From: a virus
Taxonomy: Duplodnaviria; Caudoviricetes
Reading direction: 5' to 3' (one strand)
Length of the DNA: 64,000 nt
IMG/VR virus record: IMGVR_UViG_3300037461_000655
Coordinates: 3,053-67,052 of that record
In this document: piece by piece, positions 9,458 through 17,608 of the stretch
How positions within the stretch are numbered: the stretch's first letter is position 1
Layout: each line of letters begins with the position of its first letter
The notes under the pieces: generated by a model
The model's database searches: none
What the model was told of the DNA's origin: nothing
The model's input: the letters and a program-made list of their open reading frames with translations, nothing else
Made by a program: the position numbers and the translations under genes

Positions 9458-9763
9458 TCAATCCGCCACTCGCTGCGTTCCGAGAGGGTCATATTCCCGC
9501 TGGATGTAGCTCACGTAATCCCCAGGCGGAAGAGTAACAGGCGCATGTTCTTCGTGGACGAGATCCACGGGAGATTCAACATGTAGATATATCTTGCCAT
9601 CTTTCTCGTATGCCACGCATATGGTGGGATCGGCAACAATGACGTGTTGATGCCCTGTTACCTCGCCATCTGCCAAAACGATGCGCGGGCCAAGGATTGG
9701 TTTTGCATCCTTGGGGATGTCAGACTGTTGAACGAAAACGTCGCCCTGTCTGTAGCATTTCAT
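9458..9763 (-). CDS. Conserved phage hypothetical protein, usual neighbour of DUF6745-type genes (His-rich, cupin-like)
   Basis: YRQGDV...LADGEVTGHQH...LVHEEHAPVTLPPGDY...QREY pattern. Confidence 0.75.
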   Translation of the reverse strand: MKCYRQGDVFVQQSDIPKDAKPILGPRIVLADGEVTGHQHVIVADPTICVAYEKDGKIYLHVESPVDLVHEEHAPVTLPPGDYVSYIQREYDPLGTQRVAD

Positions 9764-10797
9764 TGTGGTGCCTCTTGAGAGTGAAGAAGTTTTGAAAGAA
9801 ACTCTTTTAGATCCGCGTGGATGGGCAGGTCGATCTTGGGGAAGGGCTTTGTCAGCTCAGCCTCATCAATGTCCACCATCACCTTGTAGGCTTTGGGAGC
9901 GAAGGCATCCCAGTTGAAGCTGACACTTCGGATGTTGCACCGGCTCCCCAGGATCAACAGGAAGTCGCTCTTCTGCACCGCGAGGTTCCCTGCGATGTCG
10001 CCGATGGTTCCCTGCCGTCCGATGTAACAGGGATGATCGCTAGGGATCAGGTCATGGCCGTTGTAGGCCGTCACCACGGGGATTCCTAACAGTTCCACCA
10101 GTGCCCGGAACTCCTCCACCGCACCCGCCGTGCGGATACCTGAGCCCGCGAGGCTCACGGGACGCCTGGCCCTAACTAGCCGATCCATGAGAGCATGAAC
10201 GCCGTTGCTGATGTCAGGCAATTCCTCTTCCCATAGTAGGGTGTCATCTTGCATTTCAGCAGGGTTAACCTCTCTGGCTTGTATGTCCACAGGGATGCTT
10301 AGCCACACAGGGCCAGGACGCCGGGTGGTAGCTAGGCCGAGAGCAATGAAGAGGTGATTCTTGGTGGTGTAGACATCAATTATTTCTTCTGCATACTTCG
10401 TGATGTCTCGCACCATCTCCATGATTGGCGTTTCTTGATCGCCCAGTTGCCGCAACTGCCCGGTGAAGCGCAGATCCCTATTGATCGTCCGCGAGTCGCA
10501 TTGCCCAGAGATCACGATCATGCCCATGGAGTCGCAGTAGGCCCCATGCACACCCGTCACAGCATTCAAGCTTCCTGGTCCAGCCGTTACGCAGACACAA
10601 GCCAACCTGCCGGTCAAGCGGAAGTAACTCTCAGCAGCACAGACGCATGCATTCTCATGAGCAAAATAAGTCACGCGAAGATCAGGGTGCTTAGCGAAGC
10701 TGTCATTGAGGTGCATGCTCGCACCACCCACCACCGAGAAAACCTCAGTGATCCCAGCATCCACAAGGGTTTGGGCTACGTAGTCTGAAAGTTTCAC
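9760..10797 (-). CDS. N-terminal and central domains of an acetolactate-synthase-like TPP enzyme (YerE-like), first half of a split gene
   Basis: MKLSDYVA...VFSVVGGASMHL, HENAC (catalytic Glu), TAGPG, RPGPVWLSIPVDIQ, GNLAVQKSDFLLILGSR; stops before the TPP-binding domain. Confidence 0.9.
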   Translation of the reverse strand: MKLSDYVAQTLVDAGITEVFSVVGGASMHLNDSFAKHPDLRVTYFAHENACVCAAESYFRLTGRLACVCVTAGPGSLNAVTGVHGAYCDSMGMIVISGQCDSRTINRDLRFTGQLRQLGDQETPIMEMVRDITKYAEEIIDVYTTKNHLFIALGLATTRRPGPVWLSIPVDIQAREVNPAEMQDDTLLWEEELPDISNGVHALMDRLVRARRPVSLAGSGIRTAGAVEEFRALVELLGIPVVTAYNGHDLIPSDHPCYIGRQGTIGDIAGNLAVQKSDFLLILGSRCNIRSVSFNWDAFAPKAYKVMVDIDEAELTKPFPKIDLPIHADLKEFLSKLLHSQEAPQ

Positions 10798-11222
10798 ACT
10801 ACATCTCCATTATCAAATCTACAATGCTGATGGTGCCGTTCAGCACACGCATGATGGTCCGGTTGGAAGTAACCAGGGCCATTATAGCCACAGATGAAAC
10901 ATGGGGCTTTGCGCATGGCTCCGAGTTTCAGGAGCATGTTCTCTAGGCGTTCGATGGCGACTAAGCTCTCTGTGCGTTGTAACTTCAGCTCTTGAACTTG
11001 CTGGGTCAACTCCGCGAGGTAGTCCTCGCCTATTGCCCTGTGGAATGCCGCACGGATTGCATCTAGCTGTGATGGCCACGAGCCCTCGGGACTCACTCCA
11101 TTAGCAAGCAGCTCCACAAAGCTCTCCAGAAAATGGCGATCACTCATGGCCCATGAAAGGAATTCGTGCCTCGCTTCCTCGTCTTGCATCACTTTTTCGG
11201 GCTCTAGTTTTAAGAGGATCAT
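10794..11222 (-). CDS. Hypothetical protein with a coiled coil and C-terminal Cys/His cluster (CFICGYNGPGYFQPDHHAC)
   Basis: ORF track; coupled overlaps at both ends. Confidence 0.6.
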   Translation of the reverse strand: MILLKLEPEKVMQDEEARHEFLSWAMSDRHFLESFVELLANGVSPEGSWPSQLDAIRAAFHRAIGEDYLAELTQQVQELKLQRTESLVAIERLENMLLKLGAMRKAPCFICGYNGPGYFQPDHHACAERHHQHCRFDNGDVV

Positions 11223-11518
11223 TTCACACCTCGTTCAATCCGCTGCTTGGCCTTTGCTTCTTCCATACGCTTCCGTGCTTGCGAAGCCTCTAAGATCCAC
11301 TGATTGATATCTTTCTTTGTATAGGCCTCACGTAGCTCAAGCAGCTCTTGCTCGGCATACACTGCCCGCCGATGTTCATCCCGAGCGATGATGCAGAGGA
11401 TCAGCAATGCTGCCGTGCACGAGATAAGTAATATTATGTAGACCGCCTTGTGGTTGGCTTGGTTGGGTGGCTCATCCAGTGAGTGTCCTTGGTCTTGGTC
11501 CCCTGCCCAATGGTTCAT
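11219..11518 (-). CDS. Hypothetical membrane protein (one TM helix followed by a coiled coil)
   Basis: Hydrophobic stretch AVYIILLISCTAALLILCIIA; overlaps the next gene. Confidence 0.55.
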   Translation of the reverse strand: MNHWAGDQDQGHSLDEPPNQANHKAVYIILLISCTAALLILCIIARDEHRRAVYAEQELLELREAYTKKDINQWILEASQARKRMEEAKAKQRIERGVK

Positions 11519-11526
11519 GGCGTCCT

Positions 11527-11754
11527 CTACAATTCGCGGAAAAAAGTTTTAAGCTCATTCGCGTGGCGTTGCATCTCTTCGAGCTTTTTCTCGCTGATGC
11601 AACGCCGAAGAAAGCTATCAGTATGCCCAACAATGCCCGTAGTAATGTATTGGTAACATGGGGCGCACAGGAAAGATATGAAAGTACCCTCATTAGTGTG
11701 ATTCGTGCAACCGTGGACAATGCATCGCGTACTCTTGATTGATCCATCGCTCAT
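11527..11754 (-). CDS. Small Cys-rich hypothetical protein (CIVHGCTNH...CAPC)
   Basis: ATG 11754 forms an ATGA overlap with the upstream stop. Confidence 0.55.
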   Translation of the reverse strand: MSDGSIKSTRCIVHGCTNHTNEGTFISFLCAPCYQYITTGIVGHTDSFLRRCISEKKLEEMQRHANELKTFFREL

Positions 11755-11888
11755 TTCACATCTCCATTCTTTTGGCAAATAACCCAATGCCTGAGCCATT
11801 GGCTAGTCCATGCTCGATAAAGACACCACGCTACGATGCCTAAGAATGCTACAACATCAATGAACTTTGCTATGATTTGCCCTGTCAT
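11751..11888 (-). CDS. Small membrane peptide (45 aa)
   Basis: ATG 11888 overlaps the deaminase TGA; hydrophobic core; ends in an ATGA overlap. Confidence 0.45.
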   Translation of the reverse strand: MTGQIIAKFIDVVAFLGIVAWCLYRAWTSQWLRHWVICQKNGDVK

Positions 11889-12331
11889 AAAAGTAATTCC
11901 CAAATACGTCCAGTCTTCAACCAAAGCTCTTTTGGTAGTGGGTCTACATGTTCTTCTAAAAACACAATACGCTGGCAACTTGTATTCAGTAATAATTTTA
12001 AGCAAGCTTTACATGGGCTTAGTGTGACATAAGCAGTTTCAATATCAGAAGTTTCACGGCACTGTAAAAGTGCGTTCATCTCCGCGTGCACAGCTTCACA
12101 CGTATCTTTTCCAGGGGGTAGATCATGGCCTATACAAAGATTACTCCAGCGGTGTTCTGTGTCTAGCTCATTACAATGTGGAAGTCCACGAGCGACGCCA
12201 TTATAACCAATTGCTAAAACATGCCCTTGTTTGTTAGCAAGCACACACCCAACACCCCGTCGAATACACGTCGTACGAGTAGCTGCTACCTTAGCAAGCT
12301 CCATCAAATATTGATCAAGAGTAGGCCTCAT
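11885..12331 (-). CDS. dCMP deaminase (cytidine/deoxycytidylate deaminase family)
   Basis: CIRRGVGCVL, HAEMNAL and SPCKAC zinc-binding motifs. Confidence 0.92.
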   Translation of the reverse strand: MRPTLDQYLMELAKVAATRTTCIRRGVGCVLANKQGHVLAIGYNGVARGLPHCNELDTEHRWSNLCIGHDLPPGKDTCEAVHAEMNALLQCRETSDIETAYVTLSPCKACLKLLLNTSCQRIVFLEEHVDPLPKELWLKTGRIWELLL

Positions 12332-12726
12332 AAAGATTCCAACCTTAAGCTAGGTTTATGGTCAGGAGCTCGCCAGAACGGCGGTTTAATAATGTCAAGT
12401 GTTGTCCCGTGCTTACTCTCCTCAGGTCGTTGTGCCCGTACTTTCTCCATATTAGCGCGCTGCACTTCAACCCACAAAGCATCCCATGGGAGCCCCATAC
12501 AAATAGCTGTCCCATGCACGATATAGGCCAGATCTATTAAGGCATCTGCAGCCCCCTCAAGATCATCAGCTCCATGTGCTTCTGCAAATTCATCAAGCTC
12601 TTCTGTAAGGCGCTTTAGCCTAAAAACTAACGTTGTGTCATCTAGCAACCCTGGTTTCACTAATCTGGGTATTCCAAATTTTGTAAAAAATGCTTGAACG
12701 TCTTCATGGTCAGTAGTTTCACGCAT
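12328..12726 (-). CDS. MazG-like all-alpha NTP pyrophosphohydrolase
   Basis: EELDEF...DALIDLAYIVHGTA...VQRANMEK...IIKP pattern. Confidence 0.85.
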   Translation of the reverse strand: MRETTDHEDVQAFFTKFGIPRLVKPGLLDDTTLVFRLKRLTEELDEFAEAHGADDLEGAADALIDLAYIVHGTAICMGLPWDALWVEVQRANMEKVRAQRPEESKHGTTLDIIKPPFWRAPDHKPSLRLESL

Positions 12727-12735
12727 CTCAGTCCC

Positions 12736-13584
12736 CTAAACATTAAGCTTAGCACTTACTGCATCATGAGCTAGGTAATCTATTAGCCTAGCACCTTCAG
12801 GTTCAAACCCAAATAATGAAGTCTCAGACCTAAGTCCTAGCATAGGAGCTTTGTAGGGTTTTCGCTTGAGTACTTCTGTTACTTGTGGAAGATGATTAAG
12901 ATACACATGAGCATCCCCGATGAAGAAAGTGAGCTCATTGCTTTGCAGCCCTACCTCCTTAGCAATCAGCCGTTGGAGTAGTGCGTAACCAGCCAAGTCA
13001 AAAGGTAGCCCTAAGAATAGATCACATGATCGTTGGTAAACAGCCATTCTAAGTTGTGACCCCACTATGTAACACTGAAATAGGATAGGGCATGGTGGGA
13101 GGCACATACAATCCAGCTCACCGGGATTCCACGCAGTGACAATATGACGTCGACCATGAGGTTCCCTACGGAGCCCATCTATAAGCACTTGAAGTTGATC
13201 CGTCGTTTTCATTTGGCAACTAGTCGCTTGCACAGATTCAATAGACCGCCAGGTTCGCCAGTTGACCCCGTAAATACGCCCAAGATCACCATCAAATTCT
13301 TGTTTCCCAGAAGCGAGCCACCGTGGGTCTGTGCCATTACCATCCCAGACCGTGCACCCTTTAGCGTGAAAGGCTTCAAGACTATGGCTTCCGCTAATAA
13401 AACATGCCATTTCAGCTGCGCATTGCCTAAAAGCTAGGCGTTTTGTAGTTACAGCTGGAAAAGTAGTAGAGTTAGAAACAGTTATCTGTTCCGCAAATAA
13501 AGCTAGTGTCCCAGTGCCTGTTCGGTCTTGCCGGGAAGTTCCATGATTAAGAACTTTTCTAAGGAGCGTAAGCCAAACCCTCAT
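12736..13584 (-). CDS. thyA: Thymidylate synthase homolog with Asp at the Asn177 position (candidate dCMP methylase/hydroxymethylase)
   Basis: DRTGTGT, FPAVTTK, DLGRIYGVNWR, RRHIVTAWNP, LPPCP, QRSCDLFLGLPFD, GDAHVYLNH; start moved to ATG 13584. Confidence 0.9.
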   Translation of the reverse strand: MRVWLTLLRKVLNHGTSRQDRTGTGTLALFAEQITVSNSTTFPAVTTKRLAFRQCAAEMACFISGSHSLEAFHAKGCTVWDGNGTDPRWLASGKQEFDGDLGRIYGVNWRTWRSIESVQATSCQMKTTDQLQVLIDGLRREPHGRRHIVTAWNPGELDCMCLPPCPILFQCYIVGSQLRMAVYQRSCDLFLGLPFDLAGYALLQRLIAKEVGLQSNELTFFIGDAHVYLNHLPQVTEVLKRKPYKAPMLGLRSETSLFGFEPEGARLIDYLAHDAVSAKLNV

Positions 13585-13585
13585 T

Positions 13586-13915
13586 TCATTGCTCCTCGCG
13601 ATCATCTAATTCAGGATGCCGCTTAGTCATACTAAGCAGAAACATAAGACAGCACATCGCATGCGCAAGATGTGGTAGATTGCTTTCAGGATCGAGATCT
13701 TCACCCTTAATAAAGGCGAACAAATGCCGCAAAGCTGCTCCAATAAGCCGACTAAATGCTAAACCTTTAGTCCAATTCCATGGCGCATACTTTTGAGCTC
13801 CAAAAGTTAGAACACACGCAAGCTGCTCTATTGCATAAGGATCAAGCAACTCCATACGAGGCTTCTCGGCATCAAATTTAGTAGCTCCAAGTTGAGAAGT
13901 AGGCTCAAGCCCCAT
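13586..13915 (-). CDS. dATP/dGTP diphosphohydrolase N-terminal-type protein (DUF5664)
   Basis: KFDAEKPRMELL...VLTFGAQKYAPWNWTKG...AALRHL...GEDLDPES.LPHLAHA pattern. Confidence 0.85.
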   Translation of the reverse strand: MGLEPTSQLGATKFDAEKPRMELLDPYAIEQLACVLTFGAQKYAPWNWTKGLAFSRLIGAALRHLFAFIKGEDLDPESNLPHLAHAMCCLMFLLSMTKRHPELDDREEQ

Positions 13916-13985
13916 ACACGCTCCATCTTTATCTATGTAATAGGCCGGACTTTTCCGACCTATTACATAACCTATATTTCTTAAC

Positions 13986-14879
13986 CTATCCTATTAGTCC
14001 CTCAGACTTGAGCTTATTACGATACCACGCTACACTTGAAGCTGAGGTTTTAGACCCAAACTTCGCTTGTGCAGCTGTCGCAACATCTTCATTAGATTTA
14101 CCCTTTAACACCAGTTCACAGCAGAAAGCACCGATACCTTGGGATTTACGACCTACTATGCCTTCAGCCTTCTTTGATGTAGGTGCGGCTTTCTTACTAG
14201 GTGCAACTTTCTTTTCTGCTTTCTTACTAGGTGCAACTTTCTTTTCTACTTTCTTGTTAACCATTGCGGCCTCCTTAGATATGGCCTTTTCGGCCTTAGT
14301 TTTACGCCTTAGCTCAGCATCTTCTGCTTTGCGTTCTTTGAGGTCTGCCAAACCGGCGAGGCGTTTTTCAGCCGTGGCAGTATTTGCTTCTTTGTTAACA
14401 ACTTGCTCCGGAGTTCGTGCTTTGAGATTAGCTTCTGCGAGTTTTACCGCGTCGAGTAAAAGTTTCTTAGTCTTAAATGTTTTTTCCGTAATAATACCCG
14501 TTCCTCCAACTGATGCATTAATTGCATTGAAATGCTCAGCTAGCTCCTTAGCTGAACAATCCTCCAAAGTTTTCCCATTTACTGTTGCCATACGGAGTAC
14601 CTCCAAAAGTATTTCGGCGACACCTTCGCCGGGTAGGTAGGCTCGTTTGAGAGCCTTAGTAAGTTTGGGAATATAACTACGGGGATCCGAGTCTGCTGGA
14701 CCTCGCTTGAATTGCCTTTCAAAATGATCATTAGAACAGAATGCTCGTTGGGGGCCTTCAGATTCAATCATCAAATAGTCTGTGCGACGCTTGTCACGCT
14801 TGTAGGGCAGGGCAATATGAGACCCTGAATCTAACCAAATTACCAAATCTTTTAGTTCGAGGTTCACAAACTGAGACAT
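13986..14879 (-). CDS. Hypothetical protein with a Lys/Ala-rich (histone-H1-like) linker and small C-terminal helical, probably DNA-binding, domain
   Basis: KKVAPSKKAEKKVAPSKKAAP, encoded by a 30-bp duplication at about 14188-14247; C-terminal TSASSVAWYRNKLK. Confidence 0.65.
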   Translation of the reverse strand: MSQFVNLELKDLVIWLDSGSHIALPYKRDKRRTDYLMIESEGPQRAFCSNDHFERQFKRGPADSDPRSYIPKLTKALKRAYLPGEGVAEILLEVLRMATVNGKTLEDCSAKELAEHFNAINASVGGTGIITEKTFKTKKLLLDAVKLAEANLKARTPEQVVNKEANTATAEKRLAGLADLKERKAEDAELRRKTKAEKAISKEAAMVNKKVEKKVAPSKKAEKKVAPSKKAAPTSKKAEGIVGRKSQGIGAFCCELVLKGKSNEDVATAAQAKFGSKTSASSVAWYRNKLKSEGLIG

Positions 14880-14905
14880 TTGGCTAGACCTTAAAAGAAA
14901 CTCAT

Positions 14906-15094
14906 CTATTTTGACTTTGGTTTACTAGCAGATTCAATCGCTTTGCATGCGAGGAACAAAGACACATTAGTAGTTAGCGTGATTAGTAGTGCGACCTGTT
15001 CTTGTATTGCTGTTTGTGCACCCGCCAGAAGCAAACATCCTCCGAGGCTCGTGATTACTAACACTACAAGATAAGTGATCCAAAGTGCGTTCAT
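14906..15094 (-). CDS. Small two-TM membrane protein
   Basis: ORF track; two hydrophobic segments. Confidence 0.55.
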   Translation of the reverse strand: MNALWITYLVVLVITSLGGCLLLAGAQTAIQEQVALLITLTTNVSLFLACKAIESASKPKSK

Positions 15095-15098
15095 GGTG

Positions 15099-15365
15099 TC
15101 ACTCTTTCCCTTCTGCCTTGGTAATGGCTGACTGAACCTTGGCGAACACGATTGGTTTGCGCATGTTTGTGACGTATGCGCTTCCCTCCTCCTTTTCGAT
15201 GTTCCAGTCCAGGAGTTCCTTCAGTGCTTCGAGGAGTTCGGTATTTAACAATTCTGCCTTGGTGGTCCTGTCAATAACCTCTTCCACCGTGGATGCAAGA
15301 ACGTGATCTCTTACTAGATCCTGGTTTCGAGCATGAAGCAAGGTGTCTAAGAATGGTGTTTTCAT
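15099..15365 (-). CDS. Phage hypothetical protein (ELLEALKEL...AITKAEG type)
   Basis: RBS AAAGGAG before the ATG; common phage small-protein pattern. Confidence 0.65.
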   Translation of the reverse strand: MKTPFLDTLLHARNQDLVRDHVLASTVEEVIDRTTKAELLNTELLEALKELLDWNIEKEEGSAYVTNMRKPIVFAKVQSAITKAEGKE

Positions 15366-15413
15366 GGCGTGTCTCCTTTACCTATTAGAATGCGGTTTCA
15401 TGTAAAATTTTTA

Positions 15414-15659
15414 CTATTCTGAAAGTGCTTCAGCAAACATCAGTGCCAAAGTATAAAGGTCTTCACCTAAGCAAGGATCTTCACATTCCATATCAAAAGC
15501 ACCCCGTACTAATTCAACAAGCGATTCTGCAGCGTCAATATCTTGAACATCTAAAACAAGTGCATAAGCCAGAAGATCCATTGGAGTAATTCCAAGCTCT
15601 TCTATTGTTATTAAAGCCGTCTTGACAGCTTCAAGTTTAGTTTGTAGTTCTTGTGTCAT
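15414..15659 (-). CDS. Acidic hypothetical protein
   Basis: ATG 15659 preceded by GAAGGGG; the track's upstream extension is probably non-coding. Confidence 0.55.
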   Translation of the reverse strand: MTQELQTKLEAVKTALITIEELGITPMDLLAYALVLDVQDIDAAESLVELVRGAFDMECEDPCLGEDLYTLALMFAEALSE

Positions 15660-15750
15660 GTGGGTGTCCCCTTCGCCTATTAGAATACATCCAATTGGGA
15701 CTTCATGTGCAATGGTTGTGTGACATTTACGCGACAATCCCTAATTGGGA

Positions 15751-17304
15751 CTACTTCTTAGTTTTCTTTGCTTTGGCATAGGTTTTTAGAGCACGTAGAA
15801 AAGACCCCTGAGTGCGATCTTTGTCTATATTTGATTCAATAATTACCTCGTCAATCGTACCACGCGCAATGATGCGATGGTTGAAAACATGAGTGTGTGT
15901 ATTACCTTGCCGTAAAACACGGCGTAAAAATTGCAAATAAAGCTCCAAGTCCCATGTCAACGAATGCCATACAACGTGTTGACAAGCCTCTTGAAGATTA
16001 AGCCCATGACCTACTGAAGCAGGGTGTCCAAGCAAGACTGGAATTTGACCAAGATTCCACGCTCGTTCTATTTGGTCAGCTCGTTTGTCGCTCACACCAC
16101 TACCAAGATATGGGACATCTTTACCAAATATTTTACGAAGTCGTGCAAGGTCATGCTGAAAGTCATAAGCCACAAGCACAGGTCGACCTGAGCACTCCTC
16201 CACGATGTCAAGCACTGCCTCAGCTTTCTCCCAATGTAGATGAACCCACTCTTCAGATTTATACTTTGCCATTGCACGTAGGTAGTCCTCTCTGAAGATG
16301 CCACCATTGGCGATTTGACGGCACTTCCCTGAGGCCACCCCTGCAGTTAGTGAGGTGACGACCTCTCCATTTTCAAGCTTCGCAATTAGCTCATTTTCCA
16401 TTTCATCGTAAACTTTTCTAGCATCGCTTGGCAAATCGATATAGACATCATGCAGTACTTCCTCTGGAAGCTCCAAATAATCTTTAGCTTCAAGACACAG
16501 CACCTCAGGTTTGAGTAATTTTTTAATCTGTTCTAACGCTGTTGGCTTAGGAAGCCAGGTGTAACCACCGAACCCAGTAGAGTCAAAGAACTTATTTCGA
16601 TACTGTGTAATAAATGAACCTAGTGTACGCCCTAAGTCCATGATGTAGATCTGCCCAAATAAGTCTAGTAAACCATTAGGACAGATAGTTCCTGTTAAGA
16701 TATAACGTCGTCGAAACTTAGGTAATACAGGGCGTAAAATTCGTGAACGGTCAGAAGTTGCCTTCTTAAACTTTGTAGACTCATCCACAACCAACATTGC
16801 TGTCTCAAGCCGCAATGACTTAATTCGCTTGGCATCGTGCTTGAGCTCTACTCTAAATACTAAGTCACCTAAGTCATTTACCTTTTGAACTTTTACGCCA
16901 TCAATTTTTTCATAGATTGGTATTTTGACAAACGTCGCCCCGAAAAGCCAAGCCAATCCTTCAGGGTTAATAATGTAGATGTCAGCTTCGCGTGCTAATG
17001 CCTCCTCTTTTTTCGGACCATGAAGCACCTCAACACGCAGATTTTCAAAGTCTTTCCACTTGACAACTTCCTTAGGCCAAACTAAGTGGCATACACGGCG
17101 CGGTGCAATTACAAAAAGGTGATCTACATAACCCTTATCCTGTAGAATTTTGAAAGCCGCGAGTATACTTGATGTTTTACCTAGTCCTGGATCGAGTAAC
17201 AAGCCGGCACACATCTTTTGGACAGCGAGCTTCACTGCCCACTTTTGATATTTTCGCGGTATCCACCTTACCGCTGGCTTCGTTGTCAGTAGCTCTTGCG
17301 GCAT
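15751..17304 (-). CDS. SNF2-like superfamily 2 helicase
   Basis: LLLDPGLGKT (motif I), VVDESTKFK (motif II), LTGTICPNG, HPASVGHGLNLQ, RVLRQGN; start placed at ATG 17304. Confidence 0.9.
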   Translation of the reverse strand: MPQELLTTKPAVRWIPRKYQKWAVKLAVQKMCAGLLLDPGLGKTSSILAAFKILQDKGYVDHLFVIAPRRVCHLVWPKEVVKWKDFENLRVEVLHGPKKEEALAREADIYIINPEGLAWLFGATFVKIPIYEKIDGVKVQKVNDLGDLVFRVELKHDAKRIKSLRLETAMLVVDESTKFKKATSDRSRILRPVLPKFRRRYILTGTICPNGLLDLFGQIYIMDLGRTLGSFITQYRNKFFDSTGFGGYTWLPKPTALEQIKKLLKPEVLCLEAKDYLELPEEVLHDVYIDLPSDARKVYDEMENELIAKLENGEVVTSLTAGVASGKCRQIANGGIFREDYLRAMAKYKSEEWVHLHWEKAEAVLDIVEECSGRPVLVAYDFQHDLARLRKIFGKDVPYLGSGVSDKRADQIERAWNLGQIPVLLGHPASVGHGLNLQEACQHVVWHSLTWDLELYLQFLRRVLRQGNTHTHVFNHRIIARGTIDEVIIESNIDKDRTQGSFLRALKTYAKAKKTKK

Positions 17305-17593
17305 TAACTCTTGTAGTGATCGCTTCAATTGCACGGGTAGGATCATCATACACCTCAACATCATATTTTTGGCGTAGCAATTTGGCAATTGTAAAAGCCT
17401 GCTTTACAGTAGGCTCTTCGCCTGGGCTCTTAAACTCAATCAAAAAAGGTCGTCCGCCAGGTATGAAAAAGCATCGATCAGGCCAGCTTCGCTGGCCCAT
17501 ACCATTCATTTTCTTGCACTCCATCTCAGGCCAATGCTGCTTACAATATCGTAAAACTGGCGCTTCGACATGCCTCTTTTCTGACAATCTCAT
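17177..17593 (-). CDS. VRR-NUC domain nuclease
   Basis: WPDRCFF...LIEFKSPG...Q (PD-(D/E)xK pattern); RBS AAGGA before ATG 17593. Confidence 0.85.
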   Translation of the reverse strand: MRLSEKRHVEAPVLRYCKQHWPEMECKKMNGMGQRSWPDRCFFIPGGRPFLIEFKSPGEEPTVKQAFTIAKLLRQKYDVEVYDDPTRAIEAITTRVNAARATDNEASGKVDTAKISKVGSEARCPKDVCRLVTRSRTR

Positions 17594-17608
17594 GACGTAT
17601 CCTTTCAC

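Noticed and set aside
13586-13915. 2-aminoadenine (Z) or 7-deazaguanine DNA system suggested by DUF5664
   Set aside because: No PurZ, DpdA, FolE, QueD or QueC homolog is recognisable in the window; cannot be excluded outside it.
17177-17304. 128-nt overlap between the VRR-NUC and helicase genes as a programmed feature
   Set aside because: Most simply a non-conserved C-terminal run-on of VRR-NUC; no slippery site or other signal seen.
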